Origin: Polyangiaceae bacterium
GTDB lineage: Bacteria; Myxococcota_A; Polyangia; Polyangiales; Polyangiaceae
Reading direction: 5' to 3'
NCBI GenBank assembly: GCA_050287085.1
Contig: JBNKBE010000002.1
Span: 192,001 to 256,000, forward strand
DNA: 64,000 nucleotides
Under the pieces are notes generated by a model, which ran no database searches, was not told the origin of the DNA, and saw nothing but the letters and a program-made list of their open reading frames with translations. Below, piece by piece: positions 26,801 through 36,039 of the stretch; position 1 is the stretch's first letter; every line of letters begins with the position of its first letter. The position numbers were made by a program, and so were the translations under genes.

Positions 26801-29800
26801 CGGCAATGGGCCCGCGCCGAAGAAGAACGCTTCGGAGACCCCGCGCGGGCAGCAGAACTGCATCGGCGGATTCTCGAGCAGCATCCAGGCGACGATGACA
26901 GTTTGGTTCAGCTGGCTCGCTTGCTCCTATCCTTGGGGGAAAACGAGGACGCATTGGGGGCGCTCAATCAGCGGCGCGCGTTGCTCCAGGGAGAAGCTCT
27001 CGCGGAGTTGGAAGTAGAGATCGCTGCGGTGCTCTTGCAGCGTTTGGGGCGCCCTCAGGATGCGCTCGAAGCATGCGTGCGGGCGATCGAGCTTGGCTCC
27101 GAGGCGGAAGCGATCGTGGAGATGCTGCGGAGCTTGTCCGAGGCGAGTGAGACCAAGGCTCGTGCGCGAGAAGTGCTTGCTGAAGTCTACCATCGGGCGG
27201 GTGAAAGCCGGCGTGAGGCCGAAGCACTTGTTGCCCTGCTTGCGACCGAGTCGGACCCCGTTCGCAGGCTTGAGGTCTATGTGCGCGCGGTGGGCGTCTA
27301 TGAGCAGCTGGACTCCTACGGGGCTGCCTTCGACACCATGCTGCGAGCCTGCCGCGAGTTTCCGCAGCGCATCGAGCTTTGGGAGCGGGTGGGCACGCTC
27401 AGTGAACAGGCAGCACGCCCAACCGAGTTGTTGGACGTCTATCGCGATGTTCTGCAGCAAGAGCTACCTCCCGAAACGACGTTGCCCCTGTGTCAGCAGG
27501 CCGCGGCGCTGGTCACCGAACAGCTAGGTGATCCTGCGGGGGCCGCGCCGTACCTCGAGCGGGTGCTGCAAATAGATCCGGCCAATGAAGTGGCCTTCAC
27601 CTCTCTCAAGCAGATCTTGACCTCAAACCAGCGTTGGGGCGAACTGCAGGGGCTCTACGACCGCATGATCGAAGCGGTCGACGATCCAGCCGGGAAGCTC
27701 GCGATCTTGTCTGAGGTCGCAATGGTCACGGAGGAGTTCGTCGAGGATTCGGCCAAGGCTGTTCACTACTACGAGGCCATGCAGGCGCTCGACCCGGACT
27801 CCCAGGTTGCGTTGGCCGCGCTGGATCGTCTGTACGTTCAGCACGACGAGGTGTCGCTGCTGGAGAAGGTTCTCATCCGGCGCCTTGCGCTGGAATCCAA
27901 CGGCCACGAAGCGACATCATTCCGTTTGCGGCTGGCGGAGCTATATCTCGACCGGCTGCATCAGCCGGAGCATGCACTGCCACATCTGGGGGCGGTATTG
28001 GGCCAGGACGTCAATGATCTCCGGGCCAGAGAGCTGACCGAGCGGGTGCTCGGTATTGGCAGTCTGCGTGGCGAAGCGGCTGAGATCCTTGAGCCTGTTT
28101 ATCTCGCGCGAGATCAAATTCGCGACTTGGTAAGGGTGTTAGAAGTACGCGTGGATGTGCTCCGTCAGTTGGAGGAGCGCAGCGACGAGCAGGAGCTGCA
28201 GTATCGCGAGATGCTGGCGCGGCTGGCGGAGCTCATGGACGAACGGCTTCGGGACGATGAGGGCACCCTGCGTGTTCTGTCGGAGTACGTGCCACTGGTC
28301 CCGTCGGACGAACTCGCGCGTGATAAATTGGTAGCAAGCGGGCGCCGGCTTAGCGCGCCGTCCCAGGTGGCGGGTGTATTGACACTGGCAGGCGAAAACT
28401 CGCCGGACGCCATCACCAAAGGCGAGCTTTGGCTTCTGGCGGGCGATTTGCTCGACGGGGATTCGGAAGCCGCTGAGCCCTTGTATCGGCGGGTGCTTTC
28501 GGTGATGGGGGACGCGCCGGAGTTGGCGCGGCCCGCTGCTCGCGCGTTGGAGCGCATCTTTGCGCAAGCCGACGACCATGCGGAATTGGTAGCGAACCTT
28601 CGAGTTCAGCTCGGCCTGTGCTCGGACCCCGACGAACGGGCGCAGCTCTTGGGGCGCATCGCCCAACTTTGTGAGACTAAGCTGGACGACCTCGATGCCG
28701 CCATCGCAGCCTGGAAAGAGCGTCTGGAAACGGACGCCGCTGACTCCGACGCGCTCTCGGCGTTGGATCGCTTGTACGAAAAGGCTGAGCGCTGGAAAGA
28801 GCTCGTGGGCATTCTTGAGGTTCGGCGCGATCACGTGGCCGGCGCTGACGAGCGACACGTGCTGATGGCCCGGGCGGCGCGCGTTTTCGCCGACAGACTG
28901 ACGGATCCGACGTCAGCGATTTTCACCTATCGCGCAATGCTGGACGAGACCGGACCCGACGAGGCTGTGCTCGAACCGCTCGAGGTACTGCTCCGTCAAG
29001 AGGAGCGTTGGGAGGAACTGGTCGACGCTTGCGAGATGCACCTGTCCTTGCCGCTGGAGGCAGCACAGCGTGTTGCGCTGCAGACGACCATTGGAGAGCT
29101 ACAGTTTCGGCGCTTGAGCGATATTCCTCGCGCGCTCGAGGCGTTTGATAGCGTCCTGGGTCAGGACTCGGCCAATCAAGTGGCGCGCGTGGCGTTGGAA
29201 GAAGTGATGCTTGGCGACGACCGTTTGCACAGTCGCCAGGCGGCCCAGATTCTTGTGCCGGTTCAGGATGCCGGCAGAGAGTGGGAGGCGCTGCTGAAGT
29301 CACACCGGGTTCTAGCCGACACCGCTGAGCTCGTCGACGACCGGTTGAGCAGTCTGAATGCGGCGTTGGACGTCGTGGAGGAGCGCCTAGAAGACCGCGG
29401 GCGTGCTTTCGACCTAGTAGCTGAAGCGGTAACAACGGCCGCTGGGCACGCTGATCTCCGTCCGTGGCTGGAACAGCTAGCACGTCTGTCTGAGGCCACG
29501 GGGCGTTTTAGCGACGAGTGCAAGCTGCTGCAGCAGATCGCAGCCGAGATCTTCGACGGCGATGTGCAATTCGATGTGACGCTCAAGATTGCGCGACTGG
29601 CCCTTGAGCAGCTGCATGATTCGGATTTGGCGCTTGAGTATTTTCAGCGGGCGGTCGAATTGCGCAGTGACTCGGACGAGTCGCTTGCAGCGCTTGAGAC
29701 GTTGTATCGCGAGAAGGCGCGTTTTGAGGACCTGCTCACTGTATTGGAGCGCAGAACGGATCTAGCGGCCACTTCGGATGTCGCGACGGCGCTCCTCTTC

Positions 29801-32800
29801 AAGCGGGCGGCACTGCTCGACGAGACGCTGGAACGACCCGAGCAGGCTTCCCAAGCACTCGAGGCCATTCTCGACCGTGGCTATGACGAGAAGGCTGCTT
29901 CGGGCCTGATAGATCTGTACACGCGTTTGGGGCGCTGGGAGGAGCTGGTCGAGATTCACCAGCGACGATTGGATCAAGCGGGCGTCGATAGCTGTGCCGT
30001 GCGCGTCGCGATCGCGGACGTGGCGGCGTGGCGGCTTGGGGACCCGTTTCGCGCCTTTGAGCACCTCGAAGCGGCGCTTCAGGTCGAGCCTCAGCACGGT
30101 GGCGTCATCACGGCTCTGGAGCGCTTGATGGCCGACGCGGGCGAGGCCCAGCATCGAGCACACGCTGCAGGCATATTGGAGCCGATCTACCTTGCTCGCG
30201 CCGACTACGACCGAGTGATTCAGAGCCGCAGCGCTCGCCTCGACTACACTGACGCGCCAGAGGAACGTCGCAACCTTTTGTCGTCTTTGGCTCAGTTGTA
30301 CGAGGAGCAAAAAGAAGACTACCCGGCGGCGTTTGAGACGGTCGCCAGGCTTCTGCACGAAGACCTGGACGATGAGCACACCATCGGTGAACTCGAAAGG
30401 CTCGCCAGGGTGGCTGACAAGGCGGACCGGCTCGCTGAGGTCTATTCGGAGCAGCTTGAAGACCTGTCCGGTGACGAAGCGCGTATCGTGCTGATGGCTC
30501 GGCGGGCGGGTGAACTGTACCGAGATGCCGGGGACCTCGAGCGCGGACTTCGCTATTTCCGGCAGGCCTACGATTACGAGACCGAAGATCGTTCGTTGTT
30601 CGACGCCATCGACGAGCTCTTGACGCGACTAGGGCGACCTGCGGAGCGGGTTGAATTGTACCAGGGAGCACTAGCCGTACGCACGGACACAGCGGAACGC
30701 ATCACCCTGATGCATTCGATCGCTGAGCTGCAGGCTGTCGCTTTGAGCAACAAATCCGCCGCGATCGAGACCTACCGCGATCTCTTGTCTCAGGAGCCCG
30801 AGGATAAGACGGCCCTCGATACCGTCAGCCGCTTGTACTACGAGACTGAGCGCTTCGAAGACCTCTACGATCTGGTTCTATCGCGCGCGGAGGCCGCTCC
30901 GGATCAGCGCAAAGCGGCTGACTACCGGCTGGCTCTTGCTCGCTTGTGCCGGGAGCAATTGCAGGACGACGTCCGCGCTCTGGATCAGTTGGAGGAGGTG
31001 CTCGAGGCCGATCCGCGTCACGCCGAGGCACTCGATGAGCTGGAGGCCTACCGCAAGCAGCCGGAGCATACGTCGCGGGTGGTCGACATCCTGCGGCCCG
31101 TCTTCTTGGCAACAGACTCGTGGCGGCATCAAATCTCGCTCAATGAGGACCGGTTCCGTCTGGCGCCGGACGTAGCCGAGCAGATTTCAGTCTTGTGCGA
31201 GACAGCGGGTCTGTGGGAGCGCCGCGCGGGTGAGCCGGTGCGGGCATTACACGTGTTGGCGGAAGCCGTGCGTTTGGCCCCCGACGACGACGAGGTCCGC
31301 GCCGAATTCGAGCGTGTGGTGGAACTCACCGGACAGTGGGATGAGCTGGCGTCCGTCTACGGTGGCCTGCTGGCGGAAAACACGGAGCTTCTTCGTGCTC
31401 CCGAGATGTGGGCCCGCCTCGCGCGTTGCCACGACGAGAGTCGCGACGACCCACGCGCCGCCCTGAAGGCCTACGCAGAGCTGCACAAGGTCGACCCCTC
31501 GGACGTCGAAGTCGTCGAACGCATGGAGAGCCTCGCGACGTTGTTGAGCGATTGGGAAGCTCTCGATTGGGTGCTTGTTGCCAAGGCGGGCCTATCGCTC
31601 AGCGATGAAGAGCAGGCGAGCATTTGGCGCCGGGTCGCCGAGGGTCGAAGTGACATGTTGGGCAACGCGCCGGGGGCGATCGAGGCCTATGAGCAAGCGC
31701 TTCTGCTCGAGCCGGACAGTGTCTTTACCTTGGACTGCCTAATTCCGCTGCTCGAGACCGAGCCTGCCGGGGAGCGCTTGGTCGACCTTTACCTGGCTCG
31801 GGTCGACCTTGCCGAGCCGGACGATTCGGAGGTGCGCTTCGACATGCTCCAGCGCGCCGCTGCCTGCTTCCAAGGGTCGTTGGGTGAACCTGCTCGGGCG
31901 ATAGAGCTCTACGTACGGGCGCTAGAAGAACGCCCTGACCACCCTGAGACTTTGGCGGCGCTCAGTCGCTTATATGAGCAGGAGCAGTTCTGGCCAGAGT
32001 TACTGGAAACCTTGACGAGCCGTGCAGCGCAGGCGCGCGATCCAGAGTCGCGTGCAGAGTTGAACCGGCGTCGCGGCGAGGTGCTTGCGACCAAGCTCGA
32101 GAGCTATGACGAAGCGCTCGAGGCATTCCAGCTCGTTTTGCAGGATGCGTCTCACGACTTGGAGGCGCAGAAGAGCGTTCGCGGGATCGGCGAGGAACAC
32201 GTCGAGCTGCGCGAGCGGATGGGGGCGATTCTCCTGCCGGCTCTGGAGCATTGTGGCGACTTTGAGCAGGTGGTTCAGATCCTGGAGTTGCGCCTCGAAA
32301 GTGAAGGTGAGGGACTTGAAAGGGCCCGTACCCTGCGCCAGATGGCGCGTGTATTGGAGCAGGAGCTGGCGTCGCCTGAACGCGCCCATGCCGCGCTACT
32401 TCGGGCGATGGCCGAGGTGCCGGAAGATGATTCTGTGCATGCAGAGCTGGAGCGGACCAGCGCGACCAAGGAAGCATGGACGACCTATGCCGATGCCCTT
32501 GCGGAGCGAGCCGGGACGCTATTCGATACCGAGTTGGCCAAGGATCTATACGTCCGACTAGGGACGATTGCGGACGCTCAGCTGCAGGACCTCGATCGCG
32601 CGATTGCGGCGTATCGTTCGGCTCTTGATCAAGTGGGGGACACACCGGAGCTCCTCGCCACGCTGGATCGGCTCTTGCTACGTGCCAAGCGCTGGCAGAC
32701 GTTGGCGGAAGTGTTGGAACGCCGCACGGTGCTGTCCGAATCGGACGCGGAGCGGGCTGGGCTCTTCTCGCGTTTGGGGCTGATCCAAATCGACGAATTC

Positions 32801-35125
32801 GACGAGGTGGGTCAAGGCCTGGAGTCGCTCCGCGCCGCCTTGGAGCTGGACAACACACGCGAAGACGCCGTTGAGAAACTCGAAGCCCTGATGGCTCATG
32901 CCGACCTTTTCGACGAGGTGGCGGATGCTCTCGAGCAGGTCTACCGCGGTCGAGGGGATGTAGGCCGTCTGACAGTCTTGGGGCAACGCCGGGTCGACCA
33001 TGCACAGACCGCTGACGAACGTCTCGATATGCGCAAGAACCTAGCGAAGATCTTGGACGAGGAGATGGCCGACTCGCTTCGGGCGCAGCGCGTGTTGGAG
33101 CAGGCGCTGGGAGACGCTCCCGACGATGAGTCCCTGTTGTTCGAGTTGGAGCGCTTAGCGCAAGTGACGGGGGATTGGGCGGGCCTGGCCGCAGCGGTCA
33201 AGGTTGCATTGTCGAATGACGCCGTCGCTCCCGAAGCGGCCCGCGACCTGTGTGTGCGGGCGGCGGGGTGGTATTCCGAGCCCCTGAGGGATCCGGAGGC
33301 CGCCGAAGGAATGCTCCGCGAGGCGCTCGCGTTTGATAGGAGCAACGAGGACGTACTGTTGCGGTTGGAGTCCCTTCAAAGAGGAGCCGGACACGAAAGC
33401 GCACGCGTTGAGACACTCCGCGCACGCGCCCGTCTTCAGTTCGACGAGTCTGTCAGGGAGGAGTTGTTTCGCGAGGCCTTTGCACTGGCCGAGAGCATCT
33501 CCGAGCACGAGATGGCAGCTGGCGTCGTGGAGGAGTTGTTGGCGATCGATCCCGCCAACGCCTGGGCGCTCGGAACTATGGCTGGGCGCTCTGAAGCAGC
33601 CGGCAACTACGAAGACGCTGTGTCCTACATGCTGCGGCTCGCGGACACGACCTTCCAGGGGGATGAGCTGCTTGTTCTCAAACACCGCGCTGCAGAAATC
33701 TGTCGCATGGAACTCGCGAACGCTCCTCGCGCGATCGAGCTGTACGAGTCGCTCTTTGAGGACGATGTTTCCGATCGGAGGGCTTCGAATGCGTTGATGC
33801 AGCTCTACGCTCAGGAGCACCGCACGCAGCAGCAAAGCGAGCTACTGCTGCGCTTGGTGGAGGTCAGCGACGATCCGGCGGAACGCAGTCGCTTGCGACT
33901 GGAGCTTGCCGAGCTGCAGCTGAATAGTTTCGACGACGCACAGGAAGCGATGAACACGCTACGGGATCTACTCTTTGACGATCCTGACCATGCTGCCGCG
34001 GCGGTGATGCTCGCGGAGCTGTACCAACGCGAAGGTCGCCTGGAGCCGCTCGCAGAGCTGCTTCAAAAGCAGGCTGACGCCGCGATCGATCGCGGCGATA
34101 CAGCCGCGCAGTTGGAGTTTGAATTGAGGCTGGCAAAGCTATTCGAGGGGCCCCTCGCCGACCTGACTCGGGCTGCCGAGACGTACTTGGCCGTCTTGGA
34201 CCGGGACGGCACTCATCTGCCGGCGATGGAGGCGCTCACTCGCCTGTATCTCGAAGCGGGTGACGACGATTCGGCGGCGGATATGCTGGTGCGCCGCGTC
34301 GAGTTGAGCGAAGGCTCCACGCAGATCGAGCTGGCCGAGCAGCTCGCCCAGTTGCACCTGAAGTCCGGTCATTCTGATCGCGCGATTGAGACGCTCGAAT
34401 TCGCCCTGGCGCAGGCCCCGAGGGAGGAACAGATCCGCCAGCAGTTGAGAAGCCTCTATGGCGAAGCCGGGGCCTGGGATCGTTTGGGGGAGCTGCTTGC
34501 CGGCGACGCCATGGCAAGTGAAGCTCCGGCGGAGCAGGCGCGCCTGCTTGCTGAAGCGGCACGTGTGTTCTGGGAAAAGACCCCGGACATGGCTCGTGCC
34601 GCGGAGTTGTTGGAAAAAGCCTCTGAACTGTGTCCTGAGGATCGCAGTGTGTTGCTCCAGTTGTGCGAGGTGTACACCCAGAGCGATCGCAGCGAGGACG
34701 CCGTACGAGCATTGCAGCAGGTTGTCGAGTCCTACGGCGGGCGCCGCAGCCGAGAGCTTGGCGAGGTGCATCGTCGTCTAGCGGAAGCGTATCTGTCCCT
34801 GGGTAATACGGAGCTTGCGACCGAAGAACTGAACAATGCCTTCCGGATCGAGCCGGGCAACGTTCTGGTTCTCAAGATGCTGGGCCAGTTGTCACTGGAA
34901 GCGGGTGATCTCAAGCGCGCCCAGCAGATGTTTCGTGCGCTTCGTTTGGAGAAGTTGGACGCAGACAGTCCGATCACTGAGGCCGAGGTGTTCTACTATC
35001 TCGGCGTGGTGCACCATCGGATGGACGACCTACCGCGTGCGAAGAGTCACTTGAAGAGCGCGCTGCGTCTTGCGCCCGATATGCAGCCAGCCCTCGAGCT
35101 ATTGGCTGCCATTGAGGGTGCGTGA
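23825..35125 (+). CDS. Giant tetratricopeptide-repeat protein (3766 aa), AgmK-like size and repeat style
   Basis: Uninterrupted 11.3-kb ORF. Dozens of TPR-like units of the form A...Y...L..DP....AL..L.RLY....W.EL. No signal peptide or TM segment evident. Confidence 0.9.
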   Translation: MGMGADTIREILGRLQADSEPEELWASLAEEASDASAETAKLLAAARAAHARRGEWDAVVRLLKMELSARVSAEDEHELLAELARVQQHELLDESGAMTTYRRMLERDSDDELLLAAVAESDERRGRWREMAQSYLQEAEAAPDDIYKASMLMRAAEMEWRYADEPNCDHVLGLLAQAAEADPKNTTVLHMLERVYRFLGKFEALPSVLERWSQAAQEPVQALAPALRLARLLANRVGDREAAAHAYELALQAVPTLPESKEWLVSHYAETEDWDRLVLVYERGLTEQDLGRPDRVGDMLQIALLHHKKRQNESDALAWFERIRAVEPTNAAMLDFYREYCAAAGEEGLLLDVLRHAQRVLPGGDEKNAVTQEIAQLAEQQEDAQQAIEQYKALLRQDPDNAEARNSLKALYRKTQGYHQLVDLLQHELERVSESDTNERLRLLSEVASVYRDHIPHDTSLVSALNQMLKLDDRNVAAVRELIGLYARLERWRDLLTSQQRLSVLSTDEEERVALLRDSGRRWLEQFSNVQNATLAFEALLELRPTDREARDTLASLYKKRRAWPALFKLYELQVATLEGPQRVAVMKEMAELAADRLGNRDTAAKLYRQILDSEPSNVGVLDALERQAERAKDWATLASALEHRSQLDMADVDRVAVLQKLGAVYQDHVKASAKAIETWQRVLSLQPGHSRALRVLRDAFLAKEDYEALETLFAEQGDYESLAEVLSNTADRATDIRAKIDLSYRAARVFEANLHKPERAFRSYERILAVDPFDTKAARALLPLYERDEKWARLPALYELLIDDASDKDEKLSLYERLIDVTAQRLSDKKGAVEFARKAYELDPERPDALSLFEQACSAADSWEPFAQALEARLLLHRDSVAPPPKGGRRRRRGKAPAQAAAAATGDDALTDNTVRRLELSLAHTYAERLERLQDAVTTYKRLLESHPEDLVAGSELETLLDRMGATDELRWLYGFRVENASSDEQALSDMRQWARAEEERFGDPARAAELHRRILEQHPGDDDSLVQLARLLLSLGENEDALGALNQRRALLQGEALAELEVEIAAVLLQRLGRPQDALEACVRAIELGSEAEAIVEMLRSLSEASETKARAREVLAEVYHRAGESRREAEALVALLATESDPVRRLEVYVRAVGVYEQLDSYGAAFDTMLRACREFPQRIELWERVGTLSEQAARPTELLDVYRDVLQQELPPETTLPLCQQAAALVTEQLGDPAGAAPYLERVLQIDPANEVAFTSLKQILTSNQRWGELQGLYDRMIEAVDDPAGKLAILSEVAMVTEEFVEDSAKAVHYYEAMQALDPDSQVALAALDRLYVQHDEVSLLEKVLIRRLALESNGHEATSFRLRLAELYLDRLHQPEHALPHLGAVLGQDVNDLRARELTERVLGIGSLRGEAAEILEPVYLARDQIRDLVRVLEVRVDVLRQLEERSDEQELQYREMLARLAELMDERLRDDEGTLRVLSEYVPLVPSDELARDKLVASGRRLSAPSQVAGVLTLAGENSPDAITKGELWLLAGDLLDGDSEAAEPLYRRVLSVMGDAPELARPAARALERIFAQADDHAELVANLRVQLGLCSDPDERAQLLGRIAQLCETKLDDLDAAIAAWKERLETDAADSDALSALDRLYEKAERWKELVGILEVRRDHVAGADERHVLMARAARVFADRLTDPTSAIFTYRAMLDETGPDEAVLEPLEVLLRQEERWEELVDACEMHLSLPLEAAQRVALQTTIGELQFRRLSDIPRALEAFDSVLGQDSANQVARVALEEVMLGDDRLHSRQAAQILVPVQDAGREWEALLKSHRVLADTAELVDDRLSSLNAALDVVEERLEDRGRAFDLVAEAVTTAAGHADLRPWLEQLARLSEATGRFSDECKLLQQIAAEIFDGDVQFDVTLKIARLALEQLHDSDLALEYFQRAVELRSDSDESLAALETLYREKARFEDLLTVLERRTDLAATSDVATALLFKRAALLDETLERPEQASQALEAILDRGYDEKAASGLIDLYTRLGRWEELVEIHQRRLDQAGVDSCAVRVAIADVAAWRLGDPFRAFEHLEAALQVEPQHGGVITALERLMADAGEAQHRAHAAGILEPIYLARADYDRVIQSRSARLDYTDAPEERRNLLSSLAQLYEEQKEDYPAAFETVARLLHEDLDDEHTIGELERLARVADKADRLAEVYSEQLEDLSGDEARIVLMARRAGELYRDAGDLERGLRYFRQAYDYETEDRSLFDAIDELLTRLGRPAERVELYQGALAVRTDTAERITLMHSIAELQAVALSNKSAAIETYRDLLSQEPEDKTALDTVSRLYYETERFEDLYDLVLSRAEAAPDQRKAADYRLALARLCREQLQDDVRALDQLEEVLEADPRHAEALDELEAYRKQPEHTSRVVDILRPVFLATDSWRHQISLNEDRFRLAPDVAEQISVLCETAGLWERRAGEPVRALHVLAEAVRLAPDDDEVRAEFERVVELTGQWDELASVYGGLLAENTELLRAPEMWARLARCHDESRDDPRAALKAYAELHKVDPSDVEVVERMESLATLLSDWEALDWVLVAKAGLSLSDEEQASIWRRVAEGRSDMLGNAPGAIEAYEQALLLEPDSVFTLDCLIPLLETEPAGERLVDLYLARVDLAEPDDSEVRFDMLQRAAACFQGSLGEPARAIELYVRALEERPDHPETLAALSRLYEQEQFWPELLETLTSRAAQARDPESRAELNRRRGEVLATKLESYDEALEAFQLVLQDASHDLEAQKSVRGIGEEHVELRERMGAILLPALEHCGDFEQVVQILELRLESEGEGLERARTLRQMARVLEQELASPERAHAALLRAMAEVPEDDSVHAELERTSATKEAWTTYADALAERAGTLFDTELAKDLYVRLGTIADAQLQDLDRAIAAYRSALDQVGDTPELLATLDRLLLRAKRWQTLAEVLERRTVLSESDAERAGLFSRLGLIQIDEFDEVGQGLESLRAALELDNTREDAVEKLEALMAHADLFDEVADALEQVYRGRGDVGRLTVLGQRRVDHAQTADERLDMRKNLAKILDEEMADSLRAQRVLEQALGDAPDDESLLFELERLAQVTGDWAGLAAAVKVALSNDAVAPEAARDLCVRAAGWYSEPLRDPEAAEGMLREALAFDRSNEDVLLRLESLQRGAGHESARVETLRARARLQFDESVREELFREAFALAESISEHEMAAGVVEELLAIDPANAWALGTMAGRSEAAGNYEDAVSYMLRLADTTFQGDELLVLKHRAAEICRMELANAPRAIELYESLFEDDVSDRRASNALMQLYAQEHRTQQQSELLLRLVEVSDDPAERSRLRLELAELQLNSFDDAQEAMNTLRDLLFDDPDHAAAAVMLAELYQREGRLEPLAELLQKQADAAIDRGDTAAQLEFELRLAKLFEGPLADLTRAAETYLAVLDRDGTHLPAMEALTRLYLEAGDDDSAADMLVRRVELSEGSTQIELAEQLAQLHLKSGHSDRAIETLEFALAQAPREEQIRQQLRSLYGEAGAWDRLGELLAGDAMASEAPAEQARLLAEAARVFWEKTPDMARAAELLEKASELCPEDRSVLLQLCEVYTQSDRSEDAVRALQQVVESYGGRRSRELGEVHRRLAEAYLSLGNTELATEELNNAFRIEPGNVLVLKMLGQLSLEAGDLKRAQQMFRALRLEKLDADSPITEAEVFYYLGVVHHRMDDLPRAKSHLKSALRLAPDMQPALELLAAIEGA

Positions 35126-36000
35126 CGACTAGGGTCTGCATCAATGGGCAAGTCCTCCTACCAGAGGAGGCAACCATCAGCGTCTTCGACCGGGGCTTTC
35201 TCTACGGCGACTCCGTGTTTGAGACGGTGCGAACCTACGGTGGCAGGCCCTACGCGCTGGATCGCCACTTGGCCCGCCTCGAACACAGCGCCGGACTTGT
35301 CTTCATTGAGCCCCAAGTAGGACGCAACGAGCTGCGTCGAGAGATCTTCCAGACCCTCGCCGCGGCCGCCAACCCAGAATCGTACGTGCGGATCATGCTT
35401 ACGCGCGGTCCGGGCGAGCTGGGGTTGACTCCCGCCGAAGAGGCATCGTCGAGTCGGCTGATCATTGTGAGTGAACTGCATAAGCCACCGGCTAGAGCCT
35501 ACGAAGAGGGCATATCGGTGGTGACGTATCAGAGCGCTCGCCCCAATGAACTGGCCGGGGCCCCGGCTGCCAAAGTGAGCAACTACTTGGTGGCGGTTCT
35601 GGCCATGCGCGTGGCGACGCGGGTAGGGGCCCTGGAGGCGCTGATTGTCGGTAGCTCGGGCGAGGTCGTCGAGGGAGCGACGTCAAATGTGTTCTGGCTC
35701 AAGGACAAGATACTCTTCACACCGCCCGTGACCGCGGGCATCTTGCCCGGCATCACCCGCGACGGCGTCTTGCGTGGAGCGGTAGGGGCGGGCCTGCGAG
35801 TGGACTATCGGTGTCCCAGCGTGGATGAGTTGTGCGCTGCCGATGAAGTCTTCATCTCATCTTCCATTCGCGAAGTGCTTCCGGTGGTTCGCATTGATGA
35901 GAGCCCCGTGGGAGACGGGCGCGTGGGTGCTGACACGCGGCGCCTCCAGGCGGCATTTCAAGAAATTGTAGAAGCGGATCTGAGCACGGAGCGCGGGTAG
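35122..36000 (+). CDS. PLP-dependent class IV aminotransferase (IlvE/PabC/Dat family)
   Basis: DRGFLYGDSVFET, HLARL, AKVSNY (PLP Lys), EGATSNVF, ILPGITR and ADEVFISSS motifs. GTGA overlap with the giant TPR stop. Confidence 0.93.
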   Translation: MTTRVCINGQVLLPEEATISVFDRGFLYGDSVFETVRTYGGRPYALDRHLARLEHSAGLVFIEPQVGRNELRREIFQTLAAAANPESYVRIMLTRGPGELGLTPAEEASSSRLIIVSELHKPPARAYEEGISVVTYQSARPNELAGAPAAKVSNYLVAVLAMRVATRVGALEALIVGSSGEVVEGATSNVFWLKDKILFTPPVTAGILPGITRDGVLRGAVGAGLRVDYRCPSVDELCAADEVFISSSIREVLPVVRIDESPVGDGRVGADTRRLQAAFQEIVEADLSTERG

Positions 36001-36039
36001 GAGGGGGCACTCACTACCTCGCGCACCCTTCGCGGGCCC

